DNA of 64,000 nucleotides from the NCBI RefSeq assembly GCF_000142905.1, contig NW_013657675.1, positions 372,001-436,000 of the forward strand. The letters run 5' to 3'. Within the stretch, counting starts at the first letter, position 1. The number at the start of each line of letters is the position of its first letter. The notes under the pieces are model-generated. The model saw nothing but the letters and a program-made list of their open reading frames with translations, had not been told where the DNA came from and did not search any database. A program made the position numbers and the translations under genes. The DNA comes from Thecamonas trahens ATCC 50062. Taxonomy: Eukaryota; Protista; Apusomonadida. Positions 11,086 through 22,999 of this stretch are shown here, one piece after another.

Positions 11086-11326
11086 GGTTGCCGGGTGGGG
11101 GGGCGGGGAAAAGAGGGGTGGCCAGTGGTGACGGTGAGAGGCGAGAGAGTGGCGAGTGGGCGGGGTTGGGGGAGGGCGGGGGGGGGGGCCGATCTGTGGG
11201 GGGGGGGGATGTGTGGGCATGGCTACGGCATGGGTAGAGGTTGGGGTTGGCGTTGGGGGAATAGGAGCTTCTAGGCTTGGATTAGCAGGGGATAGGGTTA
11301 TTGTTGTGGGAAAGACATCGACTGCT

Positions 11327-11417
11327 TGATCAGGCTGGGCTGGGCTGGGCTGGGCTGGGGGCAATGATCAGGCTGGGCTGGACTTGATCAGGCTGGGCTG
11401 GACTTGATCAGGCTGGG
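11327..11417. repeat. Four copies of TGATCAGGCTGGG (20-bp period for the last three) in a divergent intergenic region
   Basis: Copies at 11327, 11365, 11385 and 11405. Confidence 0.8.
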
Positions 11418-11715
11418 GGCTTGAGCGGAATCACTTGCAAAAGACGTCCATCAATGCCTTTGGCGCCGGAGCTTGCTGCATGGCTGGGCACCAAAAAGAC
11501 GAAAGCGCTTTGGTAGCGCTCTCCTCTTTGAAAGCAGCACGGTCAGCAGACGAGCGGACGGCCACGCCGCACACACACACGCCACGCCCCCTCCACCACC
11601 ACCCCACACACACACACACACTCGCACGCCACCCCACTCCACCCCACACACCACCAACGCACCCTCTATTGCGAGGGTAGGCAAGGTTTCACAGGAGTCA
11701 GGCGTGTGAGCAGGC

Positions 11716-12914
11716 ATGCCACGGCAGGTGCAGGTCACGCTCCCGCATGAACGGGCGGCGGAGATTGCGATGCTGCTGGGTAGCGAGACGCATGTCCACG
11801 GGCTGGCGGCGTTTACGGGCGAGACCAACTCGCTGCTGCTGTTCCGAACGGCGGACAAGCACACGGATGAGGTGGTCTCGCGGCTGGAGGCCCGTGGCAT
11901 CGGCGTCGACGTCGGTGTCATCGACATCATTGCGCTGCAGGGACCAAGCCGCGGCTGGTCTCGGGAAGCAAGAAGCGCAAGTACAGGGTCCAGGATCGGC
12001 TCTCACTGGACGAGATCTACGACATTGTCGACTCGATGAATCATCTGACGTTCAACTACCTTGGCTTTGTGGTTGTCGCTGCCCTCATTGCCGACGTCGG
12101 CCTCGCCACAGACTCGCCGGCGGTGGTGGTGGCATCGATGCTGGTCTCGCCGCTGATGGGCCCTATCATGGCGGTGACTTTTGGCACGGCCATGCGCGAC
12201 GCGGCCATGGTCCGCAAAGGCCTGCGCAATGAGATCATCGGCTTTGCGCTGTGCTACCTGTTTGGCATGCTCTGGGGCTTTGGCGCGTGGCCGTTCCCGG
12301 ATCTGTGGGGTACCAACGAGCAGATCTCGCGCGGCACGGCCTCGGGTGTGTACGCCGGTATTGCGCTTGCCATCCCGTCAGGCGCTGGCGTGGCACTAGC
12401 CACAACCGGCGGCGGCATCTCGGCCCTGGTCGGCGTTGCCATTTCAGCCGCGCTCCTCCCTCCCATCTGCCTCTCGGGTATGTACGTCGCCTACGGCCTT
12501 GTCCTCTGGTTCCGCTCCAAGCCCTACACTGACGCCATGTACATCTCCATGTACTCGCTTATTCTCTTTGCCGTCAACTTTGTGCTCATCTACGCCATGG
12601 CTCTGCTGTTCTTCCGGCTCAAGAAAATCCGGCCCACAAGCGGAACCGCCGGCGTCTCGACCGCCATCTCCAACGCTGCTGACTGGCTCGAGGCCTGGGA
12701 TGTCGACATCATTCGCCAAGACGCTGAAGACCGCGACAACCACGGCGGCGACTTTGACACGGACTCGACCATCTCGGCCATGGGTCCGTCCATCCAAGCC
12801 GCCGCACCCGCCAGCCAGGCCGCTGGAGTCGGCCAATCGACTGCGCTGCTCTCTGGCGAGCGCGCGGATCAGGGCGATATTTCTTACGTTGCAGCCGAGG
12901 CCTTGGCCTTGTAA
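11716..12914 (+). CDS. DUF389-family membrane protein (1-nt frameshift near 11941)
   Basis: GLATDSPAVVVASMLVSPLMGPI and LVGVAISAALLPP are DUF389 signatures; the N-terminal ORF joins if one G is added at CAG-GG-ACC. Confidence 0.82.
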
Positions 12915-13046
12915 TAAAGGCATGGCTCGAGCAAATAAGCCAGTCCCGCTGGCGGCTAGCCTCGCACCCGCAGCCGACTCTGGCAGGAAAGCGGGGCGTG
13001 ACGGAACCGAACGCGCTGGCACCTCTCTCTCTCTCTCGCACTCAAC

Positions 13047-14612
13047 ATGGTTCACGAGACGTCGGAGCCCAAGGAGATCACCATCGATGGGCGCATCTAC
13101 GATGTGTCGTCGCTCGAGGGCAAGCACCCGGGCGGTGGGGTGTTCAAGTTCTACTTTGGCAGCGACGCCACGGTGGCCTTCAACGAGTTCCATGGCCGCT
13201 CGCCGCGTGCCTACAAGTGGCTCAAGACGCTCAAGTCGCGGCCGGCTACTCAGCCGCTGTCGCCGCTTGAGCGCGACTTCCGCATCTTCCGCCAGCAACT
13301 TGTGGACGAGGGCTACTTTGAGCCTTCGTACATCCACCTTGCCTACCGCTTCGCCTTTCTCTTCTTCTGCCACTGGGTGGCCTTCAAGCTCATGGTACGC
13401 CAGCTTGTCCCGGGGCGAAAAACCGCATTGCCTGCCGTCATCCATGTCTTGCATGGCCGGCCTCTTCCGTAGGCGCCGTACCGGGGGATGGACGGGCACA
13501 TGCAGATCATGCAGAGGGGCAGGGAAGGGAGATATTTGTGCATGTGGCTTTAGGGGGGGGGGGGCGGAGGGGGGAGGGGGGGATAGAGGGAGGAGGTGGG
13601 AGAGCTTGCGGTGTTGCCGGCAGCCCAAGGCGCCAAGGTGCCACGTTGGCATCCTTCTTGTTGGGTCAGGAAGAGACAGAGGTGAGGGAAGGGGGGGGGG
13701 GGGAAGAGGGAAGGAGCGACAACGACTCACTGAGGGGGTATGCCACACCAGTTTGCCGAGTGGTACTTTACGGCTGCGCTCTGTCTTGGGTACGCCGGTG
13801 GGCACTGCGGGTGGCTCATGCACGAGTTTGGGCACGGGTCCGGCACCGGGTACATGTGGCTCGACCGGCGGATCCAGGAGTTTGTGTACGGCGTGGGCGA
13901 CGGGATGTCGGCTGGCTGGTGGCGGTCGCAGCACAACCGGCACCATGCGATGCCGCAGCACCTGGAGCATGACGTGGACCTGAAGACGCTGCCGCTGGTG
14001 GCGTTCCACGCTGAGATCGCCAAGAAGGGCAACCCGTTTTGGCTCCGCTTCCAGGCCTACCTCTTCCTCCCGGTCGTCACTCTGCTCGTCACGCTCGGCT
14101 GGCAGTTCTTCCTCCACCCGCGCTACATGATCCGCAAGGGTAAGTGGGCTGAGCTCTTCTACCTGGCAGTCCGCTACGGTGGCGTGGCGTACTTTGTCCT
14201 CCCGCATCTCGGCTTGGCCAAGACGCTCATGATGTACATCGGCGGCGCGCTCTTTGGCGGCATGTACATCTTCACCAACTTTGCCCTCTCGCACACCCAC
14301 AAGCCGGTGGTCCACAAGGGCGAGACCAAGGACTGGATTCGGTTCTCTGTCGAGCACACCACCAACATTTCGCCGGGCAACTGGTTCATCACCTACTTTG
14401 TCATGACCCACCTCAACCAGCAGATTGAGCACCACCTCTTCCCGCAGATGCCGCAGTACCGGTTCTTCAAGCTTGTGCCGCGCGTCCGCAAGTGGGTCGA
14501 GGACCACGGCCTCGAGTACGACACGCGCGGCTACTTTGAGACACTGTGGGACACGCTCCGCAACCTCGATGAGGTCGGCAAGTCGGCCGGCGAGCACGCC
14601 CACAAGGAGTAA
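13047..14612 (+). CDS. Cytochrome b5-fused front-end fatty acid desaturase; intron 13395-13751
   Basis: HPGG heme motif; His boxes HEFGH, HNRHH, QIEHHLFP; GTACGC..GACTCAC..CAG intron joins the frames. Confidence 0.92.
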
Positions 14613-14748
14613 TTTTGTAAACAGGCTTCACCCTCTTGCCTGCAGCCGGTAGCGAGCCCGCAACGAGCCCGCACAGCGCCGCGGTCAGCCTGCGGGCAGC
14701 ACTTGTCTTCCCCATCGACGACGACAACTCGAGTCGTGTTCATCGGCG

Positions 14749-15357
14749 ATGCGGCTGTACGAGCGCAACGTAGCATACATCCGAGTGGGGAAGACCAAGA
14801 TGCTGCCGCTGATCCTCCACGTCCGCCCTGCCGACCTCGAGTGGTTGGGCATGGCCATGGTCCGCGATGAGCTCCTCCCGCTTCTCCGCCCACTGGTGGC
14901 CGAGACACTGGCGGTTGCTGAGGCCCTGCGCCCAGGTCAGCTCGACGACGCGCTTCCGCCGCGAGTTCTAGTCGGATCGCTGCTGCAGGCCACCGTCCGC
15001 TGGGCGCCTGCTGCGGCAGAGACCGCCCGCTGCGAGCTGCTGAGGCTGCGGATGGGCCCGGCTGCCAGGCCCGTCGCATCGGGCAAGCGGCCGCGAGCTC
15101 CCGTCGGAAGCGAGCTGCCCGGCGAGGAGGACGAAGACGGACGGGCACGCAAAGCACGCAAGGTGGACGAGGACGCACCGCCAGCAGCGCAGGCTCGTGC
15201 ACCACCTGGCTCGGCACCGGCCTCTTCGTCGGGCGCGGCCGGGCCGAGCCGTGAGCCGTTGACGACGTCGGCGAGGGCGCTGGTGGTGCGGGTCTATCCG
15301 GTGGCGCAGGATGCGGAGAACCCGATAGTCATGCTCGACATGCCAGAGAAGAGCTAG
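14749..15357 (+). CDS. Hypothetical protein, possibly SLX4IP N-terminal-like
   Basis: ATG-initiated ORF with coding-like bias; pattern LHVRPADLEW...DELLPLLR...ALVVRVYP recalls SLX4IP (not verified). Confidence 0.55.
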   Translation: MRLYERNVAYIRVGKTKMLPLILHVRPADLEWLGMAMVRDELLPLLRPLVAETLAVAEALRPGQLDDALPPRVLVGSLLQATVRWAPAAAETARCELLRLRMGPAARPVASGKRPRAPVGSELPGEEDEDGRARKARKVDEDAPPAAQARAPPGSAPASSSGAAGPSREPLTTSARALVVRVYPVAQDAENPIVMLDMPEKS

Positions 15358-15381
15358 GCGCAAGAGGCGATCAGGCACGGT

Positions 15382-16653
15382 TTACTCCAGGCCGCGCTCG
15401 GCAAGCAGGATGTCTGAGAGCTCAGCGAGGTGGCGGGCGAGGTCTGCCGAGCGGGCAAGCGGCGAGGCCATGGTGGCGTCGGCGCCGGCGAGGTTGATCC
15501 AGTACAGGTCCGAGTCTAGGTGGTCGAGCGGAGCAAGAGCAAGATAGACAACGGTGCTGACACCCTCCTCGGCAGTCTTCATGACCAGCGAAGCAGTGGC
15601 ATCAAAGACGACACGCTGGATGGCCCGCACCGGCGCACCGAGAAAGCCGAGCGCGTACGGAAAGGTCCAGATGGAGGTGACGACGGCGCCAGGATGAAGT
15701 GCGAAAGCGGCGATGCCGTCGTCGCGCAGGTAGCGGGTGTGGAGGATGTTGGCGAGCTTGTTGTGGCCGTAGGAGAGCAGGCTGGACTTTGTGGGCGCGG
15801 CAATGCGCTCGGGCGCAAAGACGCTTGTCGGCTCGCCAGGTGTCCGCGGAGTGGCAAAGTGGTGGCCCTCGGAGGCGACGTTGATGACGCGCCCTTGGCA
15901 AGCTTTCAGGACCGGGGCTAGCCGCTTAGTGAGGAGGTGGTGCGAGAGATGCATGACCTGGAATCCCGGTTCGAGGCCGTCACCTGTGAGCGGGGCGGGG
16001 CGCGGGAAAAAGCCGGCGTTGTTGACAAGGATGTGGACGCCGCCGGCATCGACCAGCCAGGATGCGGCCTCGTCGCTGAGCAGGGGCGCTCGCTCGCCGC
16101 GCGAGGCGGCAACCACAGCGTCGGCAAAGGCGGCGACCTGGGCAAGCTCGTTGGGATCAACGACGCAGTAGGTGACCGAGCCCGGGACAGCCAGGCGGGC
16201 GCCGCGTTCTTCAGAGCGGGTGGTAAAAATGACGCGGAGACCTGCGCGGGCAAGGACATTGACCGATGCCGCGCCGATGCCCGAAGTGGCGCCGGTGACG
16301 ACCGCGAGCCGCGGCGAGGCCTGCGCCGGGAGCATGGAGGTGTAGGGAGGGACCGGGGGGCGGGCGTCGACGAGGCGGGTGGCGGCGTAGAGCCAGGCGG
16401 CGGCAAAGGTGGCGGCGGCAGCAGCAGAGGATGACAACAGGCCGCAGCCGTAGCCGTGGGCGAGGCCGAGGCCGGCGGCAGCAGTGGGCAGGGCGGCAGC
16501 AGCCGCCGCAGCCGCAGCTGCACCCGGGCGGGCCTTGACAAGGTGGACATACTCGGGCAGGCGGGTGGCGAGGGCAAAGGTGGCCGGCCAAGCCACCAGC
16601 GGCAGGCCGAGGGCGAGGGCTGCAGCGGCAGCAGCTCCTCGTGCAGCGTTCAT
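15382..16653 (-). CDS. Short-chain dehydrogenase/reductase (retinol dehydrogenase/WWOX-like) with hydrophobic N-terminus
   Basis: VVTGATSGIG, ILVNNAG, RVINVAS, YGHNKLAN, LHPGAVVT. Confidence 0.88.
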   Translation of the reverse strand: MNAARGAAAAAALALGLPLVAWPATFALATRLPEYVHLVKARPGAAAAAAAAAALPTAAAGLGLAHGYGCGLLSSSAAAAATFAAAWLYAATRLVDARPPVPPYTSMLPAQASPRLAVVTGATSGIGAASVNVLARAGLRVIFTTRSEERGARLAVPGSVTYCVVDPNELAQVAAFADAVVAASRGERAPLLSDEAASWLVDAGGVHILVNNAGFFPRPAPLTGDGLEPGFQVMHLSHHLLTKRLAPVLKACQGRVINVASEGHHFATPRTPGEPTSVFAPERIAAPTKSSLLSYGHNKLANILHTRYLRDDGIAAFALHPGAVVTSIWTFPYALGFLGAPVRAIQRVVFDATASLVMKTAEEGVSTVVYLALAPLDHLDSDLYWINLAGADATMASPLARSADLARHLAELSDILLAERGLE

Positions 16654-17061
16654 GGCGGCGAGCCGAGTGCGGAGCAGCCGGACCTGGCCAGGCCGCGAGG
16701 GCGCTTGGGCGACGGGCAAGGGAGGAGCGGCGGCGACGGGCTACGGGCGCGCTTGGCCGATGGTCCAGAAGCGGACGACGGCGGCGGCGAGGCGCCGTCC
16801 ATGGGGACAAGGGACGACGACACGGGAAGAGGAGGGGCTGCGGGGTAGTGCGACGGGGTTGCAAACAGTGATCGCTGCGGCAGCGGGCGGTATTGGCCGG
16901 CGACGGCGGCGGTGGGTGAGCAAGAGAGGGCAACGTGGGCAGCGAGGCGGGCGCGGGCGGCGGTCGCGGTGGGAGCCACAAAGCAGGCGCCACAGGCACA
17001 GCAGTGGACACATGAAGTGTCACACAAGTAGCATCGCATGGCGACGAGTGTACAAAAGCAT

Positions 17062-20000
17062 TCACTTAGAGGGCGCAGCGGCGGAGGAGGCTGCGGCGGC
17101 GCCGAGGGTGGAGAGCAGCGACTTGAGCTGCTCGGCCGACTGGATGACCGGTGAGGGCTTGTCGGTACCAGCGCGCCTGCGCTTGGCCGCAAGCTTGCGC
17201 TCCATGGTTGCCTTGCGGTTAAGAATCGACTGGATGGAGGTGAGCCGGCGGACGGCGAGCGGAACAGCGACGATGATGGCGGCGCGGCGGCGCTTGGCGG
17301 CGAGCAGACGCATGAGCGAGAGGCAGCGGAGGAAGATATCAACCTTGTCACGGTACATCTGCATGAGCTCGATGATGATGTCGACCGAGCCCGGTGTGGA
17401 GAGCACAAGGTCGACGGTGCGCCAGCGGGCGAGGTTGCGCAGGATGTTGAGCGCAATCTTGAGCAGCTCGACGTGCGGCTTGGAGCGGTTACAAGACTTG
17501 ATGAGGGTGAAGATGATGGGCACCGCGTCGTTGCCGGCGAGCGAATCGCAGCACACAAACGAGAGCCGTGTCGACACCTCGAGGTTGGAGCAAGCCTTAT
17601 GGATGTGGGTCAGGTGCTTCGACGTGAGCAGGATGGCGAGTGCGGCCTGGGTCCGGTTGCCCAGCTTCATGTCCTCAGTCACCGAAGCATTGATCTCACG
17701 GAGGCGCGAGCGCAGGTTGGCGAGGCGGTCGTCGGTCTGGCGACGGACAAGGACGCCACGGGCCAAAGCTTGGATGCGAGTTGCGGCTGCGTTCTGGGCT
17801 GCAAGGCGCACACGCACAGCCCGGCCGCGAGACAAGGCTTGGATCCTGGCAGCGGCGACAGCGCGGCGGGAGAGCCACTCGCGCACAGCACGCTGGATGG
17901 ACAGCGCAGCCGCGCGCTTAGCAAGGAAGGCCTTGCGAGTGAGGCAGGCTCGGAACCAGGTCTGGAGTGTGAGAACCTTGTCCACGCGCTCAAGCATCGA
18001 CTTGTGGAGAGCAAAGGCGCGGAAGGCTCGCTGGATGCGGAGAGCAGACATGTGCAGTGATGTGAGACGCGCAAACCGCGCGACGTGCTCGGCGCGGCGC
18101 TTGGCCGCCGTCTCACGCAGCGTTGAGGCAAGGTGGCGGGCGATCATGCCACGGGCGGCCGCCTGGAGCGTGATGATGGCAGCGTGCTGGCGCGCCGTTG
18201 CCTTGCGGGCCGTGTAGCCGCGCCACGTCGTCTGGATGGCGATCACAGCAGCACGAGTAGTGCGGTACTCGCGGCGGGCAACCATGCGGCCAAACGCCTG
18301 GAGCGAGATGACCGCAGCACGAGTGGCCAGGTAGCTGGTGCGGACAGCAAACATGCGGGCAGCCGCCTGGATGGTGATGGCGGCACGGAGTCGGCGGGTG
18401 TAGACGCGCGCAATCATGCCACGGGTGGCCGCCTGAAGCGTGACGATGGCAGCGTGCTGGCGCGCCGTTGCCTTGCGGGCCGTGTAGCCGCGCCACGTTG
18501 TCTGGATGGCGATCACAGCAGCACGAGTAGTGCGGTACTCGCGGCGGGTGGCAACCATGCGGCCAAACGCCTGGAGCGAGATGACCGCAGCACGAGTGGC
18601 CAGGTAGCTGGTGCGAACAGCAAACATGCGGGCAGCCGCCTGGATGACAATGGCAGCACGGACCTGGCGAGCGACACGGCGCCCGATAATGCCACGGGCG
18701 GCCGCCTGGAGCGTGACGATGGCAGCGTGCTGGCGCGCCGTTGCCTTGCGGGCCGTGTAGCCGCGCCACGTCGTCTGGATGGCGATCACAGCAGCACCAG
18801 TAGTGCGGTACTCGCGGCGGGTGACAACCATGCGGCCAAACGCCTGGAGCGAGATGACCGCAGCACGAGTGGCCAGGTAGCTGGTGCGGGCAGCCACCAT
18901 GCGGGCAGCCGACTGCAGGACAATGGCGGCACGGGCCTGGCGGGCGACACGGCGCCCGATCATGCCACGGGCGGCCGCCTGGAGCGTGATGATGGCCGAC
19001 ATCTTGCCGGCGGCGGCCTTGCGGGCCATGTAGCCGCGCCACGTCGTCTGGATGGCGATCACCGCAGCACGAGTAGTGCGGTACTCGCGGCGGGTGACAA
19101 CCATGCGGCCAAACGCCTGGAGCGAGATGACCGCAGCACGAGTGGCCAGGTAGCTGGTGCGGGCAGCCACCATGCGGGCAGCCGCCTGGATGACAATGGC
19201 AGCACGGACCTGGCGAGCGACACGGCGCCCGATCATGCCACGGGCGGCCGCCTGGAGCGTGATGATGGCAGCGTGCTGGCGCGCCGTTGCCTTGCGGGCC
19301 GTGTAGCCGCGCCACGTCGTCTGGATGGCGATCACAGCAGCACGAGTAGTGCGGTACTCGCGGCGGGTGACAACCCATGCGGCCAAACGCCTGGAGCGAG
19401 ATGACCGCAGCACGAGTGGCCAGGTAGCTGGTGCGGGCAGCCACCATGCGGGCAGCCGCCTGGATGACAATGGCGGCACGGGCCTGGCGGGCGACACGGC
19501 GCCCGATCATGCCACGGGCGGCCGCCTGGAGCGTGATGATGGCCGACATCTTGCCGGCGGCGGCCTTGCGGGCCATGTAGCCGCGCCACGTCGTCTGGAT
19601 GGTGATCCCCGCAGAGCGAGTGACAACGTACTCGCGGCGGGTGGCAATCATGCGGCCAAACGCCTGGAGCGAGATGACCGCAGCACGAGTGGCCAGGTAG
19701 CTGGTGCGGGCAGCCACCATGCGGGCAGCCGACTGCAGGACAACGGCGGCACGAACACGGCAAGCAAACACGGAGCGGGCAGCAAAGCCACGCCACAGTG
19801 CCTGGATGCGCACAGCTGCGGCCTCTGCAGCCGCAGCAGCGGTCGCATCGCGCAGCGCCGTGCGCGCCCGGCACCCACGGAACCAAGCTTGGATGCACAC
19901 AGCAGCATCGAGCCGCCGGGCATCCGCAGCAGCAACAGCGTCAGCACGAAGCTTGGCCCGGCAGAGCACTCCACGGACGACAGCCTGGAGCCGAACAATG

Positions 20001-22705
20001 CCCGCCTCCTGCTTGGCCATCAAAGCACGAAGTTTCATGGCCGCCCACGCACGCTGGATGGTGCGCGCAGCACGGTTCTCGTGAGCCAGCATCAGCAGCC
20101 GCGAGGAGAGATAAGCCAAAAACGTGATGACCAGCTTTTCGTCAGGCACCGTGTTGGACATGTCCGATGCTGAGACAACCGACGGGATGCCGCCAAGCTC
20201 GGTAATGGCCTCGCGGAGAGTGACAAAGTTGCGCCGCTCCGCACCACAGGCCCGCTTGTAGTCGCGGCCGATAGTGGGTGAGAACGATGCTGCCCAGCGA
20301 CCGTCTCCGGCCGCCGCCGCCGCCGCTGATGCCACGTTGGCCTCCTGGTCGGCTTGGAGCGTGACAGTGGTGTGCATGTTGATCTCATCGACAGGGAGCA
20401 CGTTGGGGTAGTACTCGGAGACAAGGAGGCACAGCGCACGGCCATCAGAGAACGACGAGGTGAAGTTGCGGACCGTGACGCCATGCGGCTCGCAGATGGT
20501 GCGGACCCACTCCATGAGAGTACCCAGCTTGGACGCTTCGTCATTAAAGTACATGACGGTGGCTGACGCATCGGCTCCAGACGTCTCGCCGCGGGCTGCT
20601 TTGAGGCGCGCCGTCTCGGTCTTCAGCGCCGGCTCGTCAATGAGATCGCGGAGAGTAAAGTGTGCGACGACACGCCAAAGCATGGCCATAGTCTTCTCGC
20701 GGTGAGCCTCGACAACGTCCTTGGCTTTGAGTCCGCCCTTGATGCCGGCAAAGGTGACGCCGACCTGTGAGAACGCCTTCAGTGCAGTCTTGACGTTGTG
20801 CAACTTTTGCATCTTGGCCACGACCGGGAGCCGGAGCGTGTCCTTGAGCGGCGCCACCGGCTTGACCATAACGTCGAAGAGGTGCGCGAGACGGATGCCA
20901 TCGGTCAGATCGACCTTGATGTTGGTGACCTCGAACGAGAACTCCTCAAGCGGCGCCTGCTCCCACTCAAGGACGTAGCCGAGGTGGCCGAGGTGGCGCA
21001 TAACATCACCCTCGCCAGAGAGAAAATCCTTGGCAAAGGCGTAGACGAGGGCGCGCGACGACTTGACCGTGGCCTCGTTGCGGAAGAGAGGAAGCGAGGA
21101 CGGCAGAAGGCTGCGGCTCTTAGCACGATCGAGGAAGAGAACAAGCAAGAGAAGCTTGCCGAGCGTGAACTTTTGGACCGCGGCATCGTAGCCGGGCTTG
21201 AACACGCCCTGAGTGAGACCAGCGTACTCGGCAGCAAGTGCCGGGTCGGCCAACAGTCGGGTCTGAACAAAGACCGCCAGGTATGCGTCGAGGCTCCCTG
21301 CCTCGATGGTGATGAGCTCACCAAAGACAACCTCCAGGCCAAGCCGGAGCCACTGCGGGTTGTACGAGCAGATAAGGCTGCAGGCGGTGGAGCGAAGGCC
21401 GACGTCCAAGTGCGGAGCACGGTCGGTACGCATGGCTAGACGGCCTCCAGAGATTTCAGCCTCGAGCCGGGCGGCAGTGGCACCAAAGTCGCCGTTGCGC
21501 CAGAGCGCGGCCGCAGCCTCACGCGTGGCGTTGAGCCGGCGCTGCCGATCAAACTCGGCCGGGTTGTCGGCAAGACGGGCCGAACCAGGAGTGTCAGTCA
21601 TTTCACGCTCATGAGCAAACATAAAGTTGAGCCACGAGGTAAAGCCACGCTCTTCCTTGGCGAGCCACTGCTCATCAAAGAAGCCCGAGGCCACAAACGG
21701 GTTGATCGACTTCCGGGCTGTCGATGCTGCCGCGCGAGCAGGCTTGACAAGCCGCAGCGAGCGGCCAGGACGCGGACGAGCAGTCGAGCTCTTGCCTTGG
21801 GTTGCCACTGAGGCGTTAAACGCTGCGCGTTTGCGCAGCGAGTTGCTCTTGGCCCGGGGAGTCGGCTGGGCCGCAACATGGAGCTTAAACTCGGGCTCAG
21901 TGTTGCTGGCCGTTGCTGTGAGGTCATCGAGCGAGAGCTTGCGGGCGCAAAGATCGGCATCCATCTCGTTGCACTTTTTGGCGATGAGCTCAAGTGACGA
22001 GTCCATCAGCTCGTTCTCAGCGTCAACCGAGACGTTGTCCGACGACGATGCCAGAGGCTTGGATGCGACTGGGACGGAGACCGGCTCCACGTTGGATGGC
22101 AATTGAGCCTTTTGCGACCGAAGCGGACGGCGGCGTGACGGGCGCTTGCCACCACGGCGCTGGCGTGGCGCGACGGTCTCGGCCGCTTTGCAGTACCCGA
22201 GGAGCTTGGCCTGAAGGCGGTAGCGGCCCCATCGAAAGGTAATACACGAAGTGGCATCGCCGGGCTGCTGGGGCGCAAAGGTGAGGGCCAGATCGAACGC
22301 TGACGACGGGTCGACATCGAACGAGTCAACAGCGACCGAAAAGCCAGCCTTGGGCGGGCGGTCGACAGAGACGGAGGCGACCCGCGCCGAGTCGTTGACG
22401 ATGCGAAGTGTGGCTGTAGCCTCTGCCCCCGGCGCAACATGCCCAAACTCGATCCATGGCGTCTTGGCAAAGTTCTTGAGCCGAAGTGTTGGAACCGATG
22501 GCTCGGCGCACAGACTGGCCTTGTCAGCTCCGCTGGCAGCACTCGTGCCAAGGTCGACGTTGGTCCGCGGTGAGAGTGGCGCCCGGCTCCCGAACGGAAT
22601 GGTCATGGCCACGGCGGCCTTGCGGCTTTGGCCCGTGTCGACGTTCTCGTCCAGCACTACAACTGGGTTCCGCACAGGCGACGGAAGCTCCAGCACAAAG
22701 TCCAT
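17062..22705 (-). CDS. ASPM: Abnormal spindle protein ASPM/Asp (1-nt frameshift at 19374-19376)
   Basis: N-terminal ASH/hydin-like domain, CH domains (YNPQWLRLGLEVVFGE, DLTDGIRL, NFTSSFSDGRALCLLV), many IQ motifs, C-terminal KLGNRT..AL and IKSCNRSKPH Armadillo-like region. Confidence 0.93.
18140..19745 (-). repeat. ~6 near-identical 273-bp units, each encoding four IQ motifs (91 aa), within ASPM
   Basis: Unit AAIITLQAAARG / AAIVIQAAARM / AAVISLQAFGRM / AAVIAIQTTWRG recurs at 270-273 bp spacing. Confidence 0.9.
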
Positions 22706-22999
22706 CTGTAACGCAAGGAAGTGGTGGGTGTGAGGAAAGGCGGTGGGCTGGGAAAGCTAGCTGACTGGGCTGTGGGGAATGCGCCAAACTGAATTCAAAA
22801 TTTGCGAGTGCGCGCCTCCTGCCCTCCTGCGCCGGGTCCAGAGAATGGGCGAGGACGTGGGGAGGCAAAGGGAGCGAGGATGCCCTGCTGTAAAGGACAA
22901 CGGATGAGAGGAGATATAGAGGAGAGAGAGGGGGGGGGGGGGGGCTGGCTGACGCGTACCGAGCGAGTTGGGAGCACACTGCGCTCGAGGTGGACAGAG

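Noticed and set aside
12436-14603. Long antisense/alternative-frame ORFs (e.g. 12444-14603 minus, 54504-56171 plus, 16484-18217 plus)
   Set aside because: Shadow ORFs expected from high GC3 codon bias opposite real genes; no recognisable motifs.
18113-19375. Cys/His/Pro-rich repeat C-terminus of the 1530-aa ORF as a novel metal-binding protein
   Set aside because: It is the out-of-frame reading of the ASPM IQ repeats after the 1-nt indel.
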